DNA from: Klebsormidium nitens
Taxonomy: Eukaryota > Plantae > Klebsormidiophyceae
Direction of reading: 5' to 3'
Assembly: GCA_000708835.1 (NCBI GenBank)
Contig: DF237177.1
Coordinates: forward strand, 1-64,000
DNA: 64,000 bases
In this document: one piece after another, positions 9,201 to 21,125 of the stretch
How the letters are laid out: every line of letters begins with the position of its first letter
Numbering within the stretch: the stretch's first letter is position 1
Notes under the pieces: generated by a model
Told to the model about the DNA's origin: nothing
The model's database searches: none
Seen by the model: the letters and a program-made list of their open reading frames with translations, nothing else
Translations under genes and position numbers: made by a program

Positions 9201-11968
9201 CACGCGGTGAGTAAGAAAGAAGACCCATCGTTTGTGCTTGTTCGTATCTTCTTTCGGAAGAAGCATTCTCCCTCGTATAGGCAGAAGCAGCCATGATCGT
9301 CAGTCGGAAGCTCGCTTCTAGCATTGCCCGTCAGAGCCCAGGTTTGATATCGAACGTGCAATCGAGCGCTTTTTTGGTTACCTGAAAATCGAAAGGCAGG
9401 CGGAAGAGGTATTGACCCCGAGGTTTTTTCGAGGAACTGACACGTGTCGCCCCGTGCAGGCTGATGAAGATGATTGGCTGGACGCTGGTCACGTGCCTGG
9501 GCCTGCTCATCATCGCCTCCAGGAAACACTACAGCGTCGATGTCGTTGTCGCAGCGTGAGCGCCGCCGTTCTCTTCGCCTACTGCATCTCTTCGTTATTT
9601 TCTCTGGTCGCCTCACTTAATAGTCCCTCTCGCTTCGCTTGACCCCGGACTTTGTTTGCTAGTACCCGACAGAATCGCTTCTGGTAACTCCTCTGGCACA
9701 TCAAATCGCAATTGCTCCTTGCTGAGCTCTCTGCTGGTTACTTTCTCGCAGGTACGTAGTTCCGCTCGTGTTCATCGCAGTTGACAAGTACATCTCGGAA
9801 GCAGGTAAAGGCTTCTGGCGACGGAGCACCTTGCCTTTCACTGTTCCTTCTTCTGCGAGTCTGCGCTCTGGCAGCCCCTCGAAGGAATGAATCGAGGTCT
9901 TCTCTGGTTCAGACGTTTTGCATCATTTTTCGTCCTTTGCTGAGCATCATGCTGACTTGGATTTATTCTTTGGATCTGGCAGTGGGTGACCTCTTTTCGC
10001 CCTTAAAGAACGTCGAGCTATACAATAAAATCTTGCGTGCTTGTTGGCAAGTTGCCTCTGTATCGGTCTCCGTTCTCCCTGCTCATTGTGTCCTTCCTTC
10101 GCTGGGAAGTTCTCTCTCACGCTTCCTGTTACTTGCTTTCTTTTTTGCGCATTCATTGCTTAAAAAGCCTCAAATGTAAGCTCGTCATTGGTGCAGTCTG
10201 TCATGACTGGGTAGGTCCATTTGGCTGAGCGCTTGTAGCAAGTGATAAATTAGAACCTCCGCCACAGCAACGGCCGTTATTGCTTTCCCTTTTCTCCAGG
10301 TTGGTCAGAAAACCAGACTCGTCCCGTTTCGCTTTCTTCTCTTCGGCGAAAGTCTTCCCTGTATGCCGCCCTAACATGACTCGCTTGGTCAGCAAGAAAC
10401 CGGTTTTCTAAAACCGATCCATTTTCTCGACGCTGTTATTCTACCAGGTACTCGCGCCTTTCCTTTCAGGCCGCCCGTTCTCTCTAGCGGGGGTGTCGGG
10501 TGCGCCTGCCTAAACGGCGTTTCTCACCCCCCCATAGAGCCCCCGTTTCTGAACGGGGTGTCCGTTAGCCCCGTAGAAACTACCCCTGTCGCCGGAAACG
10601 GATTGAGTTCTTACACTGACACTGACGAAGAGTTAGCCATGCGGTGCCTGTTGTATGCTCTACTAACTTTAGGGAAGAAGAACGGACACAAGAAAGGGGG
10701 GTTCGCGGTCAAGTCGAGGAAGCGCCGCCGGGGCCGGTTGATAGGTCGGTGAATGATCCTGGGATTGTTTTGTGGTGTGCTACTCAAGTCTTGGAGGTTG
10801 GGACGTGAAAAGCAGGGTTGGGGATGAGCTTAGAACAAACGCGGGGAGACATGGGCATGTACTTTCTTAGCGATGTGGGCAATCCGGTCATAAGATCTTC
10901 TCAACAATGATAAGAGGAACTGAGGGAGAGCTAAATCTGGGCGGTTGATCTCTGGTTCTGAATTGATTTGTCAGTGCTCCGACTGCGTTTCGGAAGGCGT
11001 GATTGTTTGTGGACAAAGAGCGCTCCGACGAACGCATGTTCGATGACGAGCCTCTCTGAACGCGTCCCCTTGCCTGTGGGCATTTGAGTACCTCCCTTGG
11101 AGTGTGTCGGATTGCATTTTCCCCCGTGGCTGCCGTTTCAATTGCGCCAAACTGGCCCCTTTAACTCTTAACTTTAACCCGGTAACTTTTACTCCCACCT
11201 CGCCCAGTTTCGCCCATTCATGCCTTCTTTCACCACGTCGTCCTTTCACCGCCTTCCGATTGCTGTCGCTTTCGGCTCCTGATCACGATTCGCAGAATAA
11301 GTGCAACTTTTGGTACACCCTTCTTTGGCAATGACAAGAGCCCCTGGCTGAGGTGTTTTGTCTCAGTCAGTCTTCTGCTCGGAGGCCAGTGGTCAATCTG
11401 CCGCTCGGATAGCATTGATATGGCAGAGCCCCTTGTTATCTTTGCGTTGTTACACCCGCTTGGAAAGTGCCTCACTCATTGTCACCCCGCAGCGTTTCCG
11501 ACACCTGGATATCTTCGACTGTTGCTCGTTTTTGAGCATTTCACATGATTGTTCTTCCACTCAAGTCGCCGTTCCCCAGTCTCTTCCTTCGCACGCTCTT
11601 AAGGTCTACTTCTACTGTGCTTCCTGCGCTCTTGTTCCCTACTTCTGTCCTCGTTTTATGGGCCCCCTCGCAGAGATCCACCGGTCCTGCTCAGCGGAGC
11701 CCCACTGATGCTTTCCTCCTTTACGCCTCCGTGCAGAGATTGACCGGTCTGCTCTGCCGAGCCCCGCTCAGGCGGGGTCGTTCCGCTTGGACAGCGACGA
11801 CAAGCAGTTTCGCCAAGACTGGGACCTGGAGAAGAACGTCGTGGAGGGAGACTCCTACAAAGTGGAGTCGGTAGGTCTGTCGAGTCTTTTTCCCGTCTTC
11901 ATCTACGTCCTTAAAAACGCGGAAAGGATTGTGGATTTTTTGCCTGTCAGCCAGTACTTGAAGTCTAG
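6252..11968 (+). CDS. IPCS: Inositol phosphorylceramide synthase (plant IPCS/ERH1 type), 12 exons, about 301 aa
   Basis: Exons 6252-6293, 6652-6741, 7083-7169, 7484-7552, 7719-7799, 8313-8384, 8749-8809, 9104-9206, 9460-9555, 9752-9804, 11737-11870 and a tentative 11951-11968. Motifs [33 protein letters not shown] and [15 protein letters not shown] give the catalytic His/His/Asp set. First and last exons are less certain. Confidence 0.92.
6538..6573. repeat. Perfect 18-bp tandem duplication in IPCS intron 1
   Basis: ACCATCGCTGTTATCTGC x2. Confidence 0.9.
7860..7894 (+). repeat. Short interstitial telomere-like tract in IPCS intron 5
   Basis: GTTTAGGGTTTTCGGGTTTAGCGTTTTAGGGTTTC, degenerate T3-4AG3 units. 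Confidence 0.6.
8714..8748 (+). repeat. 11-bp unit x3 containing the branch-point-like GCTGAC, abutting the IPCS exon 7 acceptor
   Basis: TGCTGACGTGT TGCTGACGTGT TGCTGACGTG CAG|GGT. Confidence 0.85.
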
Positions 11969-13640
11969 GGCACGTCTCTGCGCTTGGAGTTCCAAGAGTG
12001 GGACAGTTGGTAGTTTGTACTCAAAAGCACGAGCGGATGCTGCCGCCGAGTGGCCCTGTTTCTCGCAAAGACAATCATTATACGGACCCTGAAGTGACTC
12101 TGTAAGCAAGCCTTTTTGAACGACGCTTGCGTGCAAGTTGCGGTCACTGTCTGAGAAGAAAGCGGAAGCGATTGGTCCGCATATGTTTCTTGGTCAGTAG
12201 AGCTAGAAACTACTCTACTTACACTAGCGCGCCCCAAATACTGATTGTCTCCTTCGTTCAATAATGCATGCTCAAGCGAGTTCTTCACGCTTGTCTCTCA
12301 AGCTCAACCACCTGCCACCGCCCAGGTGCTTCTTAGCCAAAATCCCCTCGCTCTACTTACATTTTTTGCCTTACATGGTACCCATCGCCTGCGACTTTAT
12401 TTTATGCAGCGGCAACGGATGCCAAACGGGAAGACGCTCCCGGACATCAAGGTTGGCAACCCCGCTGATTCGTCAAAAGTAACCCGAGCTACAGTCAAGG
12501 GCCCCCGACGTGACTCTGATGGGAGTCAAGGGTTTGCGGCGCCTAGCCATTTAGGTCGTACATCAAGCACGCATGATTTGGACTCTGGCAGGATAGCCTC
12601 CGATCGGCCTTGAACTTCGTTCAGTAAGACAGGTACTTCTATAAGTCTAAGTACCTATAGTCCTTGCTTTTGACGCTGATTACTAGCTCGCATATGCATA
12701 AAAAATGTTTTGTCAAAATTCCTGCGGTATATAAGGTAGAATCCAGCTTGTACACAGTCTGCTGTACTGCGAGCTTGATTTGCGAGTCAATCATTATATC
12801 GTCTGTGGTCTTGCATGCACTAAACATGGTCAATATGCGCGATCAGAGTCGAAGTTTTGGCCGTGCTCCTGTCGCTCTGCTACATACCACGATCTGAGGT
12901 ATAGATATACGTGAAGCGACCCAGTTCATAATCATGAGTGACCATCTTGCAATCTCGAAGAGGAGAGCGCCGATTCTATTTCCTTGGCGGCTGTGATCGG
13001 AGCACAGCTCATGCATGTGACGATATTTCCAACCTTGTTTCGATCGGAACGGCGGCGCCGCCATATCAAGGTCTACATGAGGAGTTCGCTAACAAGAGCA
13101 AAGCTATATGCGTGATCCGTTCGCTTGTGGTTGGCGGCCTCGTCACTTTCAGCAAGATTACGTGTTGACCGGACAGTTCACCGAAGCTTCGACCAACGTT
13201 TCAATTGCTTTGCGTGAGCTGCTGGTACGCAAAAGCTTCTGCAATTTGCATGTTTGACCCGAAATCACCATCATGACAGTTTGTAAAGTTGGCGGGCTAG
13301 ACTTCATTGCATGTGTCACTGTAGCGCACTCATGCTGACTTCAGGGTGGCACGAGCATCATCAGCTCTACATCCGCTCATGGGAGTGAACCAGAATCATT
13401 CCCGTTCTTGGACTTGTATAGAGCCTTCTAATCACAATTTAAGTGCAATGCAGATGGCAAGTCGGATCATTCGCAACCAACCGGTCTTAGTATGCCAACC
13501 GGCAGCCTCCGCGACAGTTGCCGTGAATTCGCTTACTTGCAAGCACTTCAAGAGCATTCCCGACTATGCCCTTGAGCCAATCTTTGAAGGCTCGCCGTCT
13601 ACGTACATGGGATGGTCAAGGCGCTTTCATTCTTCAGAGG

Positions 13641-13690
13641 AACCGCACACAGCTGATCACTTGATAACCGCACACAGCTGATCACTTGAT
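13641..13690. repeat. Perfect 25-bp tandem duplication, intergenic
   Basis: AACCGCACACAGCTGATCACTTGAT x2. Confidence 0.9.
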
Positions 13691-15788
13691 GTCGAGTTTG
13701 GCTTACGTTCGAACGCAGCAGTTGGAGCCGCATGCTTCAGAAAAGCGCCCTCAAAATTGACCGATTTGATTTGTCTTAGACCTGTCTTTGACAAGGTGCC
13801 AGCCCAATCATTGCAAGAGGGATTTGTCAGGTTTGCGGATGCTATCCCTTGTCGCGTGCAGTCCAAATGATGCGGTGTCTGTCGTGCAGGCAAGATGTAC
13901 CGCCATGAATTGTACCCGTTCATCAACTTCCAATCGGCTTCAAACAGGAGCGCACACTCGTTCGAGGACACATCAGAGTTTCTTCAGGCCCTCAATGACA
14001 TACAATGAACGTACTTGACGTGACGAAGGTTGGGAGAGCTATCTTACAGAGCCAAAACAGGACACACGTGGACAGTTGAGTCTTTGAGACGGAGATTGCA
14101 CATGGGAACTTAGATTCTGCATACGATTAAAAACTGGTCAATGAGTGCCAATGACCTTGGGCAACTCAGATTGCCAAGGTCACGACAGAGCAAGGTTTAC
14201 ACGGCAAAACTACTGAAGGAAAGAGAACGGTTGTCTTCTGTAGTTGGTTTCAAACAAGAAGTCAGACTTCCTATTAGTGTGACAATCTTTCAACATTTCA
14301 AAAAGTCTCTTGTCGGAACATTCTCAATCTTCAAGGCTCCGGCATAAACCTCACCGGGTAAAGTTGCTCTGCTTGGTGTACCCATCTGAAAAGCATTGCG
14401 CTGAGGTTGAAACCACGTAGCCTTCTCCTCCACGGAGAATGAAAATGCACGGCTTTCCATGGATGGAGAGCCTATGACTCCGCTTGTGAAATGTGGCCAC
14501 TTGCGCGTCATAGTGTAGTGCGTCGCTGCGCAGGCACTTCAAGAAGCACTAGCGCGTCCCAGCTGGCCTGTCCAACTACAAGACATCTGCCTCTCTTTGA
14601 GTTGCGGTTGTGCGCGGAACCGATTGCCTCGAAACAGTCTGAAAGCGTAGTTTCTAGCATCACCAGACGGGCCTTCCTTCTGAAAAGGCTGCTGGCTCAT
14701 AGACATGAAAGGTAGTCCTTTTTTCCTCACGAGTGAGCCCTCCACAGACAGATTTGTACATTAAAAGGCAGAGTGTGAAGATTCTTCTACATGTCCTTTT
14801 CGCTCTCAAATGACTACTGCATAATTGCGCCCCAGAGAGTATTTTTGGCTTGCTTCTATGTTGCTGAAGACCGGGCAATGCTCCGCACAGCTGAACGGAG
14901 ACTGCTGAGCTTAAGATGCTGGTGTCTAAACAATGAGCTCAACAGAAGGCTGTCCTGAAAAACTCAATTCCTCATTTTAATCATCTTTCGTCGTTGACGA
15001 CGTCGTTCCCTTCACTACAGCTCTGCTTCCTGTGTAACTGCCACGCAGTGCTCGGAGCTTGCGCCGATCGCGCTGCATGCTTCTGTCAAAGTGTCTAATT
15101 GGCGGCGACATGCACGAAGCATCCGCAACAGCAATAAACGGTTCCCCGGACAAGTACCTGATGCAAGACATTCGGTGTAACTGTCGTGACGATACCAACC
15201 AACGGGAGAGTCTCGAACAAACCGGGCGAAGGACAAAAATATTTATTCTCTTCTTCGCCTCTGTTGGAAAGACCTGATTTACCTGAGGACATGTAGGAAG
15301 ACTTCGCTCGATCTGCTTCAACTTCAGGGAGGCATACAGAAGGGAGATTCCACATGGCCTTGTTACATGCACAATCAGCAGAGACAAGGCTAGCACAATC
15401 TTTAACGGGTGGATCTATCGAAGGGGGCCGAAATGGCGCAGGCTTGCGGGGACGCGGGGACAGAGGGAGGGGATCCAGGCCCATCCACGGCAGCGTGCGC
15501 CATTCAAGCATGCACGAAGATCTGACGGCTAGAGCTGCATGAAGATGTGCTAAGATCTCAGCTTACTGCGAAGAACAATCTTCGGTAGCAGATCGAAGTT
15601 CAAGCTACAGTAAGCATGCACGAAGAACTGACAAGCTGAAGCTTCATCAGATTGGTCGAAAGGAACCGCGGGCGGCAGAGTCTTGTAGCAGCATCTGTAC
15701 GAATAAAGCAACCGGGTGGTTCTTGTAGGGAAGTTATTGATGTTCACAGTGAAGAACAAAGGCTTGAGGGCCACAAAAGGGATAGGCC

Positions 15789-16251
15789 GGGGGGCTCGGG
15801 GGGGCGGCAGCCCCCCCGATCTTTAAAGGAACCAGGTGACTAGGCGGGAAGGGAACTAAGGGAGGAAGGGGGAGAAAGGGGGAGAGGTATAGATGAATGG
15901 TGGTTGTATATCTCCTCTGAAGAAGGAAAGATGGTGTTGAAACGCAGTGTGATGGACAACACCGAACGTTGTCGTAAGGGAGTCACTTGCGTGGGCCCGG
16001 CTAAAAGACTCGGGGCGGAAAAAGCAAACCCCAACGCAGCTTCCTATCAGGTTTGAACTGATGACCTTGCGCTGTCCTGGACGCCATGCTGACGAGCTCA
16101 GACTAAGCGCATGCTCAACCACTAAGCTAAGGAAGCCATTGATTCAGAGATGTGTGAAGTTGGCCGCGTCTGCAACGTTTATAAACAGTTGTTAGTTGGC
16201 CTGCAAACCCAATCTTAACAACGGGGGGGCTGCCGCCCCCCCGAACCCCCC
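15789..16251. mobile_element. Candidate non-autonomous element: 463-bp cassette bounded by 30-bp GC-rich inverted repeats and containing a tRNA gene
   Basis: Left arm 15789-15818 GGGGGGCTCGGGGGGGCGGCAGCCCCCCCG; right arm 16222-16251 is its reverse complement with 1 mismatch. No target-site duplication seen, so mobility is inferred only. Confidence 0.45.
16038..16136 (-). tRNA. tRNA-Thr(AGT)-like gene with a 27-nt intron (16074-16100)
   Basis: Minus strand: GCTTCCT-TA-GCTT-AGTGGTT-GAGC-A-TGCGC-TT-AGT-C-[intron]-A-GCGCA-AGGTC-ATCAG-TTCAAAC-CTGAT-AGGAAGC-T. All four stems pair, A and B boxes are present, CAA lies just upstream, TTTATAAA about 45 nt upstream, and a T5 terminator about 15 nt downstream. 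Atypical C37 and short D-loop. Confidence 0.8.
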
Positions 16252-16650
16252 TGCACCATGGCAGTCCAGTACTAGCAGCAGCCCGCGCCTTGAACTTCCC
16301 TCTTCCGAGTCTTCGCCAGAAAAGTCGTCTTTCATTCACATGGAGTCTCTTGCCTAGAAGAGGCGCTTTTCTTCTCAGTTGGTGAAAGGGCTTATCTACT
16401 GTACTGACAGTCTAGACCGAGCCAGAGGCGAGAACACATTTTAAATGTTGGTGATTTTCTGAAGACAACATCTTTGCACGAGGGCACTAATCAGTTTCTT
16501 GTGGACTGTTCATTCAGGGCAGATTGTGCGCGCAGGTTTGCAATTGACACAGAAAAGAAACCTTCAAGAGCAGCAAAAGAACTCCTTTTGAAGGGAGGTT
16601 TGGGGAGCTCTTGAGGTGCCACTATCCTTGTAAGGCCTTGATCAGGCAAG

Positions 16651-19600
16651 ATGGTAAGCAAGCGCTGCTCTTTCTCGAGGTTAGCCGTTCCTATGAAAGC
16701 AAGTTTTTCCATGTCACTGTCAGCTCTACTTTTAAGCAGAATGTAAACTCAGAAGCAGCTTTCCTCTGGAAGAGCGCAGTGCTTTGCGAACTAGTTGTGC
16801 TCCATTGGGTCACTCTGGGACCTGCTTAAACAGAGTTAGGGTTTACGAGTCTTTACAGGCCGCAGTCCCATGGTGGCATTTCAGAAGTGAAATGAAATCT
16901 TCAGATGCTGTCTAGCACTGGCTGCAAATGGTTTTATTTAGCGGCTGTTGGAGACTAAAGCTGCTGCATTTTTGCGATGCAGACTGCGTTCGCTGCTGTG
17001 TTTCTCCGTTCCTTTCAGAACCAATGCGTGTCTTCCATTTTGAAGAATCTTTTGCCAGGGGCAGAGCAAGCTGCTGATTTGACGTGTTAAGATAACCGTT
17101 ATAATCTTTTGAAATTGATAGACTTCCGTTCTACCGGCAGTTATTTCCAGTCTTTGTGGCAGGGTGCCAATTGACATCTTCTGGACGCTTGACACAATTA
17201 TCTCCAGATATGAAGAGAATTGATCAAACAGAGACATGACGCTTACGCCAGCATTCTTAACCCCTGACTTCTGCGCCGCAGGGTGAGCGCAAGGTGCTCA
17301 ATAAGTACTACCCGCCGGACTTCGATCCGGCGAAGCTCCCGCGGCGCAAGCGGCTCAAGAATGAGCAAATGAAAGTGCGCATGATGCTTCCAATGAGCAT
17401 CCGCTGCGCGACGTGCGGGGAGTACATGTCCAAGGGGACCAAGTTCAACAGCAGAAAGGAGGACGTGCCAGAGGAAGCGTATCTGGGGCTCATGGTGTTT
17501 CGGTTCTACATCAAGTGCCAGCGGTGCGCTGCCGAGATGACGTTCAAGACGGACCCTCAGAACAATGATTACATCGTGGAGAACGGGGCCACGCGGAACT
17601 ATGAGCCGTGGCGGGAGAAGGATCAGGTGCCGTTCTTGCAAAGACTTTGATTAGTATAAGATCTATGGCTTGAAGAAGTGGATCATTTGTTAATGCTGTC
17701 ATCTTGCGGGAAATGACATTGACCTCGATGTGCCCTCCTCATTGGCAAAGATGATGGCACGCTGGACGAACAAATCAGATTTCTAAATACTTTAGGAACT
17801 GCCCATCAGTCTCCTGCTAGAGTATGTAAACATGTATGATCTGCTTTGGATGTGCTCTGAGCGGGCTAGAGATTGTAACGGTTTGCTAAGTTAGGTACCC
17901 AAAATCTGGATAGAAGCATGGTTTCCTCTGATGTGAAACGTTCGGCCATCGCTCGTGCCTATTCTTGGTAAAAGCTGGCCAATTGATTATTCAGTTTGTT
18001 CACGGTCAGCTCTCGTAAAGTGGTTGTGCTTCCCTCTGTGCGGCCGAAATCTTTTCCGAACCTGCTCACGTCTAAGATGATCTATGTGTCTCTTGTGTGA
18101 CCAATCCATCATTCCTCTTGTATGAGCAATAATGTTGGAGAACGTAACCAAACGCTTCCACTCTCAGGCGGTTGCGGACGCGACGAAGAAGCGCGAGGAA
18201 GAGGAGGCTGGGAACGCGATGAAAGTGCTCGAGAACAAGACGTACGACAGCAAGGTCGAGATGGACATCCTCGCGGCGCTGGACGAGATGAAGTCCATCC
18301 GTTCGCGGCAGGCTACAGTGGACACAGACTCGATGTTGGAGGCGCTGAAACGGACGCAGCAAGATAGGGTGAGTGAGTCTGCCTCTGCTTCCCAAAAATG
18401 GACATTCGGAAAGTTCCGAGTGACCTAGGGTCTGAATGTTCAGGCATTTCTTCTTACCAGAAGGACGTTCACGGTTTGACAGACCGCTGCGGAGACGGAT
18501 ATGGGTACCGAATGGGAAGGCAGATATTTTCGGTGCCGTTCTCAAGTGAGCCGCTCACGGCGAGCTGTGATGGACACTGTAGCTACGTTCGAGAGGCCGA
18601 GAGGTTGCACTGAAGACAGGGTCGGGAACGATGAAATCTGAAGCAAGGCTTCAAGGATGTATGGATTCTGGGTTCCGGGATGTTACTGTTCCGAATCACT
18701 CCAGCATTCAAAACGATACGAAGGGTCGCATTAGAAGAGGACAGGAAAGGCCACTTTTCCTGCCTCGAGTTGCTGCTTCTGTGAGCAGGGGTGCTTTTCA
18801 GGATGATCGAGCACCTCTTGCTCACTCGGTTCCGCCGGAATGGCGGCGGGGTCGTCTCAGCCGCTTCTAACAACATCAAGGGAGGGTTAAATTTGAACCG
18901 AATTATTATGCGCGTGTTGATTGTTCACGGACGGACAATTGTTACGCCCTCGAGCACAAGGCTCAGCTGTCAGCAGGAATCCACGTCTTATTCCTCTGGG
19001 AAGAGCCTGAATGTAGACCACAGTAAGTTCTTTCAACTCTCGTTTGGATTGAGAGTTTTCATAGATAATCAGAAGATTCTGACGGTTTGTTTTGGTCTTG
19101 TCCTGACAGGAGCGGGAACTTGACGAGGAGGACGAGAAGCTGATCAGAACGGTGTTCCAGGTGCGCTGTTGATTTGTCATGCTGTGCCACTGTTTAGCTA
19201 TGCAAGAAACTCGTCAGCAGCTCCTTGCACAAGCTTTCTGCGTAGAGCTCGTTACATCTGGAACCTTTTGACATCTGATGACATCATGTTCTGTAAGGAG
19301 CTCTTTCTTGGCCAAGAAACTACCGTGCCTATTCACCTCCTGGCGTCCTTCAAAGGAGGCTTTGAGGCGCCTGCGAATGTGAACAAGACTTCGATCATCT
19401 AAAGCGAGATATGAGAAGGCGCTGTTAGGAATATCTCATGGAGCCGCATCGCAGCCAGTTTTCGCCCCTCGCCTCTGCCTTTCTAGTCTACACACCGTTA
19501 TGCATTTCAAAAGCCGAGCATATGACCCTGGACGACTGCTTCGTCTTCATCCTACTAACCTGCACCATTCGCTGACGTCATCAGAATGGTGGCGGCAACT

Positions 19601-20479
19601 TCGTCCGGCGGATAGAGGACGAGGAGGCGCCAACAGAGCCGAACCGGACGCCGGGCGGGGGCGCGAAAAGGCGCCGAGAAGCGGACCCCCTCGTGACGAC
19701 AGCTGCTGCTGCGGAGATGCAGGCTGACGTGGCGCCAGAAGGTAAAGCCTTGCTTTCGGATCGAAGGTCCGCTTCAAGATCGGCGTTGAGACATCCTTGA
19801 TTCGGCGGCCTAAGCTTGAGACCCCCCCTTCATCGTCGCCCCAACACCCTTTGGCGGCAGCGTTGCGGGGTCCGTACCTGTAGTCTTTGTGCCGTCGGAA
19901 GCCGCCTGAAGCGGATGCTTTCACGTACACTTGTTCCTAAGCGCAGAGTCAGAAAGATCGCTGCCCTTGAGTCGCGCTTTTCGGGACTTTCGGTTTTTGC
20001 ATCTGCAACCGTGACCTTTGATTCGTCGAGATCTGAGGTGCGCGGTCACCGTCATCGGTGCAGTCTGTTCGGGGGGCGGTATCGCATCTTCAGGCTTTGA
20101 ATCTTCAAATAAGTCTCGCCATGATTTCTCATCCCGGGTCCACCATCAACGGGACCTGTCTTCTTACGGTCACTGTCCGCTCTTCTTTGCAGCCAACGCT
20201 GCGCCAGACGGAGCGGCGCCCGGGCCAAGCGCACCCCCCAAGACAAGTGGCGGAACAGGGCCTAGTTTCGCTTTCAGACCAAAAGCGGTAACCTTCGTCG
20301 CCAAGCCCAGAGCTGCGGGGGCCGCACCAAGGTTGCAAGCCAGGGGAAATTCGACATCGAATGGAAGTAGTATACAAAGCACGGCAGCAGGTGTAGGCCC
20401 GCCACCACCAAGTGGAAGTGGAGCAGCCACGGGTTTGTCGTCTTTGGCGGCTGCTTACTCTGATAGCGAAGAAGACTAG
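16651..20479 (+). CDS. YJU2: Splicing factor YJU2/CCDC94 (CWC16 family), 6 exons, about 347 aa
   Basis: Exons 16651-16653 (ATG only, inferred from ATG|GTAAGC), 17282-17626, 18168-18368, 19110-19160, 19585-19741, 20193-20479. Begins [19 protein letters not shown]; zinc-binding CATC...FYIKCQRC and [10 protein letters not shown] match the family. Confidence 0.93.
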
Positions 20480-21072
20480 GAAGTGACTGGTTTGAAGAGT
20501 CGGGTTCAGACGGAGTGACGTTTGTGGCGGATCGCCAAGCGCATGATAATTGGCGCTTTCATGGTTATCGATCATCGTTCTGGCAGTCTGCCGTATTGCA
20601 TACCTAGTTTAAAGCACGCTGTGACGAATGTTGAAGTGGTGTTGTCCCGAGCCTTCCAAAGATCGAAGTCCGAATGCAACCATGACCTAATCGGGCCACG
20701 TTCAAGTCTTTAAGTACGGTCGTCGGAGCTGTCTGGTCATGATTGCCACGAGACTTACACATACTACGACCGCAAAAAGCACATGTTTTTCCTTCTTGAG
20801 TTGAAGTCCATTGCTGCCAGGTTGTTTATGAAAATGGATCTGACGTACTAGTCGACGTCAAGCGTGACCTTCAGATATGCGAGTGCATCTCTGGATCCAA
20901 GATATCTTTCATAGCGTGTGGACGTACGCGTAAGCAAGCTAGCTAGGCGCCTATAATCCATCATTGAATCCAATCTCGAATGAAGTCGTGGTTCAATATC
21001 ATATCTAAAGCTGTGATCGAGCGAGAAACACCATGATCTTATATGCTCGATTCTCCATATTGCTGCACTGCG

Positions 21073-21125
21073 GCATGCTCATGTGGCTCATGTGGCTCAT
21101 GCTCCTGCGGCATGCTCATGTTGGT
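21073..21125. repeat. Short degenerate GCTCATG(T) tandem
   Basis: CATGCTCATGTGGCTCATGTGGCTCATGCTCCTGCGGCATGCTCATG. Confidence 0.7.

Noticed and set aside
10300-10379. In-phase candidate terminal exon for IPCS ([10 protein letters not shown]...ALT*)
   Set aside because: The exon at 11737 has the same phase and matches the IPCS C-terminal region (EIDRSALP versus ELPDRTAVLLP). 10300 may be a chance or minor acceptor.
12196-12228. Hairpin followed by CTAG, like a Helitron 3' end
   Set aside because: The next base is C rather than T, and no matching 5' TC end or Rep/helicase remnant was identified.
14290-15511. Cluster of short minus-strand ORFs beside the tRNA cassette
   Set aside because: Stops occur in all frames, there is no consistent splice chain and no recognisable domain, so it cannot be supported as a gene or as the cassette's transposase.
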